From Sporopachydermia quercuum (Eukaryota), in NCBI GenBank assembly GCA_001599295.1, contig BCGN01000004.1, forward strand, positions 996,138-1,060,137: a DNA stretch of 64,000 nucleotides, given 5' to 3'. Shown here in pieces: positions 58,861-64,000 of this stretch (within the stretch, counting starts at the first letter, position 1; every line of letters starts with the position of its first letter). The position numbers and the translations under genes were made by a program. The notes beneath the pieces are model-generated. The model saw only the letters and a program-made list of their open reading frames with translations, searched no databases and had not been told where the DNA came from.

Positions 58861-60329
58861 ATATTGAAGAATGGAAAAGATGAAGATCTATCATACTTAG
58901 AATCAATGACTGAATTTGGATGTGCATTATGAATTCAATTCAAACTAAATTCTTATTCATCTTTCAGTTTAATACAGTAAAACATAATAAGAATAATATA
59001 TATATCAATAAAACAACGTTCACAAACTTAACTACATACTACAGTCATGCCATCTCTTGGTCAACCTCCCTTTCTAATCATCCTTATCATTATACAACAA
59101 AAATTGGATCACATAATCATTTAATCGGACTAGAGTTCGAGGCCAAGTAAGGCTATCGAGGACATTAATAGTAATTTTACATTTGGATGAAGCTGTTAAA
59201 TAGATAATTATTTATAAATGATAGAATATCATTATGAAAAAAAGAAAAAGTAGATGATTGTTTGGGATAAACCAGTAATATTCGCGCTGGGATTATCGCA
59301 CAAAATGTTCGTTCGACTTCTAATATTAGACATATAAATGTCATTGGCTAGCAGGAACGGAACGAGCGGCAAACCACATCCACAAACAAAGGCAACAAAA
59401 TGAACATAATGGTCGATTGTACAATCGGCTTCCAGCACAATTTATCAAAATCCGTTTACCAAACATTCAGGTATACATAATAACCAGATATCTGATGTAA
59501 TAATACTTCCTGCAACTCAACTATCTCTTCTACTGCAGTCTACCTACTTTTCTCAAACCCGCACACTTTGGTACTTTATTTTACCCATAGTGGAATTTTA
59601 AATAGTAAAGCAATACAATCACAAGTAATATGATTAACTTAATGAATTCTGCAGTCCATGTAAATTAATGGTAGAATAACATTATGTTCTTTCTATTTAT
59701 GTCAAATAGAATATAATACAAAGCTGATATTAAATAATCATTTATTTATCTCAAAAATCTCTCTGGCTATTTCTATTACCAAATCATTATCGTTCAAAAG
59801 TTTTGATAACTTATCAAATAGATGTTGTTATTATTAACATTATTAATAGCAGACTTTTTTAACGTGGAGAAACGCGAAAGCTGAATGAAACGTGAACGTC
59901 GCACAATAAGCAAGCGTAAGTATATGTATATCGAGACCTGAAAAGCTGGGTTCTAGTAAACAGACACATCATTTTTTCTTTGTTTGATGAACCTATTCTT
60001 TTATTTGAGAATTTTACGGAATAAATAAATAAGTTTTTTTCTAGTTTATTTTGAATAAATAACAAAGTAGGAAGAAGTGTTTATTTTAGTTCAATTATTG
60101 TCAATTGCAGTAGGTAACTGATTTCTTTAGCTGAAGTAAAGAATTTAGTTGCTCATTCCAAGATAGCTTAAGAGTTATAAAGGGAATTGATCTTCTTGAG
60201 TTATCAACAAAGAAGCGTTAACTATCATCAGTTTCAATTAAACAAAACCTTGGTTATTGGATATATATACATAATTGGGTATATGCTGAATAAAGAATAG
60301 CAAGCTTTTGGTTTTATTGAACACTAGAA

Positions 60330-62686
60330 ATGTTGAAGGCCCTAGGTTTTCGATCAAGATATGGGGATGATGATACATCCCCTGCAGCTATTGCTCAGTT
60401 GATTCTTGATGAAGCTGTGGAATGTAAGTATGGTGTGTTATCTTTAATAGTTTCTGTCGAAATGTTGAAGTTCTAACTTTAAAATTAGTTGAGATTGCTT
60501 TAAAAGCAATGGATTATATGCTGGATGATAGAACTGATGAAGGTTTGGAATTGATCAAGGATAAGAACTGTACGATATATAAATTAGCAACTGGTGTAGT
60601 TCAATTTATTGAAGCAACATTGGGGTTTGAGCCAGAAGTCATGAAAAAAGCTCATGAAACTTTAGCTGAGGCAGAATCACTATCAGCAAAAGATAGATCT
60701 AGATGTCAGAAATTAAAGGTAAGTTCTTCGTCAATCTATCCCCCGGGGACAGTGTATGCAGTGACATACGCTGAATCAAACTTGCTATGCGCCTTGATTA
60801 TGTTATTATCCGAATCTATGATTGAAGTTGCAAAAGCTTTGTACAAGTTGAGAAAAGCTTATCACACTCTAGATGATATCAGCAAGCAAATTGCCAGGCA
60901 GGCTGAACAGATTGAAAGACGCCATGAGGAAGCACAGCTTGAAACACAGTCAATGTACAATCTTCGTTTAGACAGGAAGAGTTCATCGTTTGCTCAACTT
61001 CCTAAAGAGCACAATCTTGAGGAGTTAAAAGAAGAGAAGTTGTTAGGAATTGCAGAACAAGTTTACGAATTGCGATATCATCGAATGAACGGTACTAATA
61101 TTTCTGAAGCCCCAACCCCAGATAATGCTTCCGAGACAACTGCGACTGGTGGAAAGGGTAATACGTCGTCTGCTTTTTCAAGCACTGATTCATTAAAAGA
61201 TCTTCATTCTAAATATCAATCGGCTGGTGAAGCCACAATTGACGAGTTCATCCAATCAGGTGTGAATCTATGTTTTGGTATCTTGCAAGTGGTTTTGTCA
61301 TTGATTCCTTCTGGTGTTGGTAAAGTCCTTGCCATTGTTGGTTTCAAGGGTTCCAGAGAACAGGGTTTGAAAATGCTCTGGGATGCTACGAAAGCCAGGA
61401 ATATTCATGGAGGTATTGCTTTGGCTGCATTGCTTATTTTCTATCTAGGTCCATTCCAATTCACAGACTCTGATTTTAATGTTGAGTCTCGTGGTGATGA
61501 AACTGATGTGGCTACAGTACAATCAAATGCTCAGATTGTTTTAGATCGTAGAGCAAGCTCGGGCTCAGGAGCTCCTACGTTGAATGTTCCAGGTAAGAAA
61601 TTAGAGGATGCTCTTAAGAACATCAGGGCTATTTTCCCCAATAATGCTCTGTGGATTTTACAAGAAGGAAAATTGTTGGAAACACAAGGAAAGCTAGTAG
61701 AAGCCGTGAAACTAATGGATAGTGTGAACGATATTGGCCGCCCAATTCGCATGCAACAAGTGGAAGCTTTATTAGTGTTTGACCGTGCTATGATGATCGC
61801 ATTTTTACATGGGTTTGATAGAGCAAGTGATGAATTTACTCGATTGATGGATCTGAACGCTTGGTCATATGCTTTATATACATTTTTATCTGGTGTATGT
61901 CAAGTAGAATTGTATCGTATTGAAATGACAAAAGGCAATGAAGAAATAGCCTTGAAGCACAAGAAGAGAGCTGACCAGTTGATTAGAAGGTCACCTACAT
62001 TGATTGGTCAAAAGGGTAGTTTGAAAGGAAGGAAGATGCCTTTTGATGTCTACCTTCAACGTAAAGTCAGTACATGGCTTGAAACCTCCAAAGCCCGAAA
62101 GGTTGACTTAATAGATGCCATCACCACATCGCCTGTTCACGAGATTATGTATTTCTGGAATGGTTATAATAGAATGACTCCGGAATTACTGGAGTTGTCA
62201 TTAACTCAATTAGGATACTCCGCAGATCCATCTGGACCAGCGTCTGAGTATGCGTGGCGTCTTGATCCTGCTAGAGGCGAGTGTGGAAAGATTTTCTGCC
62301 CTATGGCTAAAGGCGAAAAGGAGAGTAGTCGTATGATGAGATGCTTTTTACAATCAATTTGTTTAAGAGGAATGGGAAGAGTTGAAGAAGGTCTGAATCT
62401 TTTAGATGATGAAGTCATATCAAAGTATATTTTGAACGAGTCAGGATTCACTCGGGCTGGGACTCCAAAGTATAAGGTTATCCATAAAACTGATGATCCT
62501 TGGATGTATCCTGCCGCTCTATTTGAAAGAGCAATATTTGTTTGGAAGCTGAAAGGTCTCAGTGGATTGGACGAAGCAAGAGACTATCTACATAGGGCAC
62601 ATAATTGGTCAGATGATTATGAGCTTAGCACGAGAATTATAATGAAGATAAAGAGTGCATTAGACCGTCTTGAAAGTATTCGATAA
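60330..62686 (+). CDS. IML2: Iml2 / TTC39-family TPR-like protein; exons 60330-60423 and 60489-62686
   Basis: GTAAGT donor at 60424, CTAAC branch and TAG acceptor at 60488, spliced in frame. Motifs AMDYMLDDR..EG, GVVQFIEATLGFEP, DEFIQSGVNLCFGILQVVLSLIP and DDYELSTRI.MKIK.A. Confidence 0.9.
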
Positions 62687-63496
62687 TATGCTCATAGATT
62701 TGGTCTTTCTTTTTGATTTATTTTCCGGTAGTTGTTTATATGTAGAAAAATAAAACACTATGCACAATATTCATGAATAGTACTTGTAATACATTTCAGG
62801 TCAACTTGATGTCCCATCTCCAACCACTCCTCATTCTCGCACGTTTACATACCTCATCGGTCTTCTAGTTCCAAATTCTTTTCCTATTGTTATATCTTTT
62901 TATTTTTTTCTGAGATTCTTAGCGGCAATGGTTCGATCGCAATATAGAATAATCTCCTAGCTATATTAATGATTTCTTCTTAGGTTAGCATTATCATCAT
63001 CTCATGTTCGTTCACCGATCCTTATCGCCATATAAATTCCGCTTTCAGAATTGTCTTTATTTTATTATCATTTCCTGAATAGAAGCTTATTTATTCCGAC
63101 CCCTTTTCATCTGTCCGGAAGAATTCGGCTTCCCCGGATTTTGGCTACGGGGATTCAAATTCTTAACTAGGAAGACTGCAATCTACAAATCTGTTTCTTG
63201 AAAGGTTGTTATTGATGACATGAAGGCATATAATACAATTAGTTGCATTAGTATAAGAAATAGATCAGAGGTTCGATATCATTGCTTGATGTTTATGACA
63301 ATAGAAGATAAGGTGTCATGCAATGCTACTGTTACAAAAAAATATTCTCGGTTAAATTGCGAACTGAGTTGATTAAAGCAACCGCTTATACATAGGAAAT
63401 AAAGATATAGTCCCTATTGTTCTTGTGATCGTTTTTGTATATTTCTTTGTCTTAGATGTTGGGCCGAATCTAACAATATTGGGATATATACACATC

Positions 63497-64000
63497 ATGT
63501 TTAAAAGTTTTATGAGATCAAGCGTTGTTGTAAACACTGTTGGAACTGGGTCGAAAAGATGGTCTGCTACAGGGATTCAATTCCAAAGGTTTTATAGCTT
63601 GAAGCCATATTTACCTACTATGAATCAAGAGCTTCGAACAGCTGCTTGTTTGGTGATCGGTGATGAAGTATTGAATGGGAAGATCATTGACACTAACTCG
63701 ACATATTTTGCTAGATTCTGCTTTGGTCTGGGAATTGAATTGAAAAGAGTGGAAGTAATTCCTGATCTGGATGCTGATATTGAGGAATGTATGAGAAGAA
63801 TGGCTGACAAGTATGACCTGGTAGTAACTAGTGGTGGAATTGGGCCTACACACGATGATGTTACATATGAAAGTGCAGCTAGAGCTTTTGGTGTACCATT
63901 AGAGATGAATGAGGAAACAAAAAGGAGAATGAATGAAATAGACTCTGAAAGGAAAATAAAAAGAAGTGATGATGAAGAGCCACGGTGGAGAATGGCTTAT
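63497..64000 (+). CDS. FPY1: MoCF-biosynthesis/CinA-like domain protein (FAD pyrophosphatase Fpy1-like), truncated by the window end
   Basis: Manual translation gives TAACLVIGDEVLNGKIIDTNS...IELKRVEVIPD...VVTSGGIGPTHDDVTY. The frame stays open to the window end. Confidence 0.82.
   Translation, partial: MFKSFMRSSVVVNTVGTGSKRWSATGIQFQRFYSLKPYLPTMNQELRTAACLVIGDEVLNGKIIDTNSTYFARFCFGLGIELKRVEVIPDLDADIEECMRRMADKYDLVVTSGGIGPTHDDVTYESAARAFGVPLEMNEETKRRMNEIDSERKIKRSDDEEPRWRMAY

Noticed and set aside
1245..63853. Many short antisense or overlapping ORFs in the six-frame track (e.g. 9232-9708, 24040-24438, 52449-53003)
   Set aside because: They are shadows of real genes on the opposite strand or frame, mostly with TTG/GTG starts and no recognisable motifs.

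Overview
Eukaryotic, AT-rich genomic DNA from an ascomycete budding yeast. The retained introns (GTATGT/GTAAGT donors, WCTAAC branch points) and genes such as DUF3844, DUF2462, a second TRP-like channel and Argonaute suggest an early-diverging Saccharomycotina lineage; that placement is inference. About 24 protein-coding loci are present: PEX13 (5' end only), ATG16, ADE6, a DUF2462 gene with an abutting orphan ORF, DUF3844, DUF3752, a Zn2Cys6 factor, ERG6, an ADH6-like dehydrogenase, MKK1/2, dynein intermediate chain, MCD1/RAD21, copper amine oxidase, a TRP-like channel, ATP16 (4 exons), a possible Med2-like orphan, a CFEM-like surface protein missed by the ORF track, VHR1, SUR7, IRS4/TAX4, IML2 and an FPY1-like gene (3' truncated). 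The standout is a full-length but disrupted Argonaute at 42888-45912 (-). It keeps its intron, RGG N-terminus, PAZ/MID/PIWI motifs and DEDD tetrad, but carries two 1-nt frameshifts and four premature stops, consistent with RNAi loss in progress or a decaying paralog. Other leads are a possible bicistronic ORF pair, a structured 5'-UTR intron in ADE6, and dense CCG/GTAC motif clusters upstream of the Zn2Cys6 gene. No CRISPR array, rRNA, complete tRNA or intact transposon was recognised. All family assignments come from motif recognition, not database searches.
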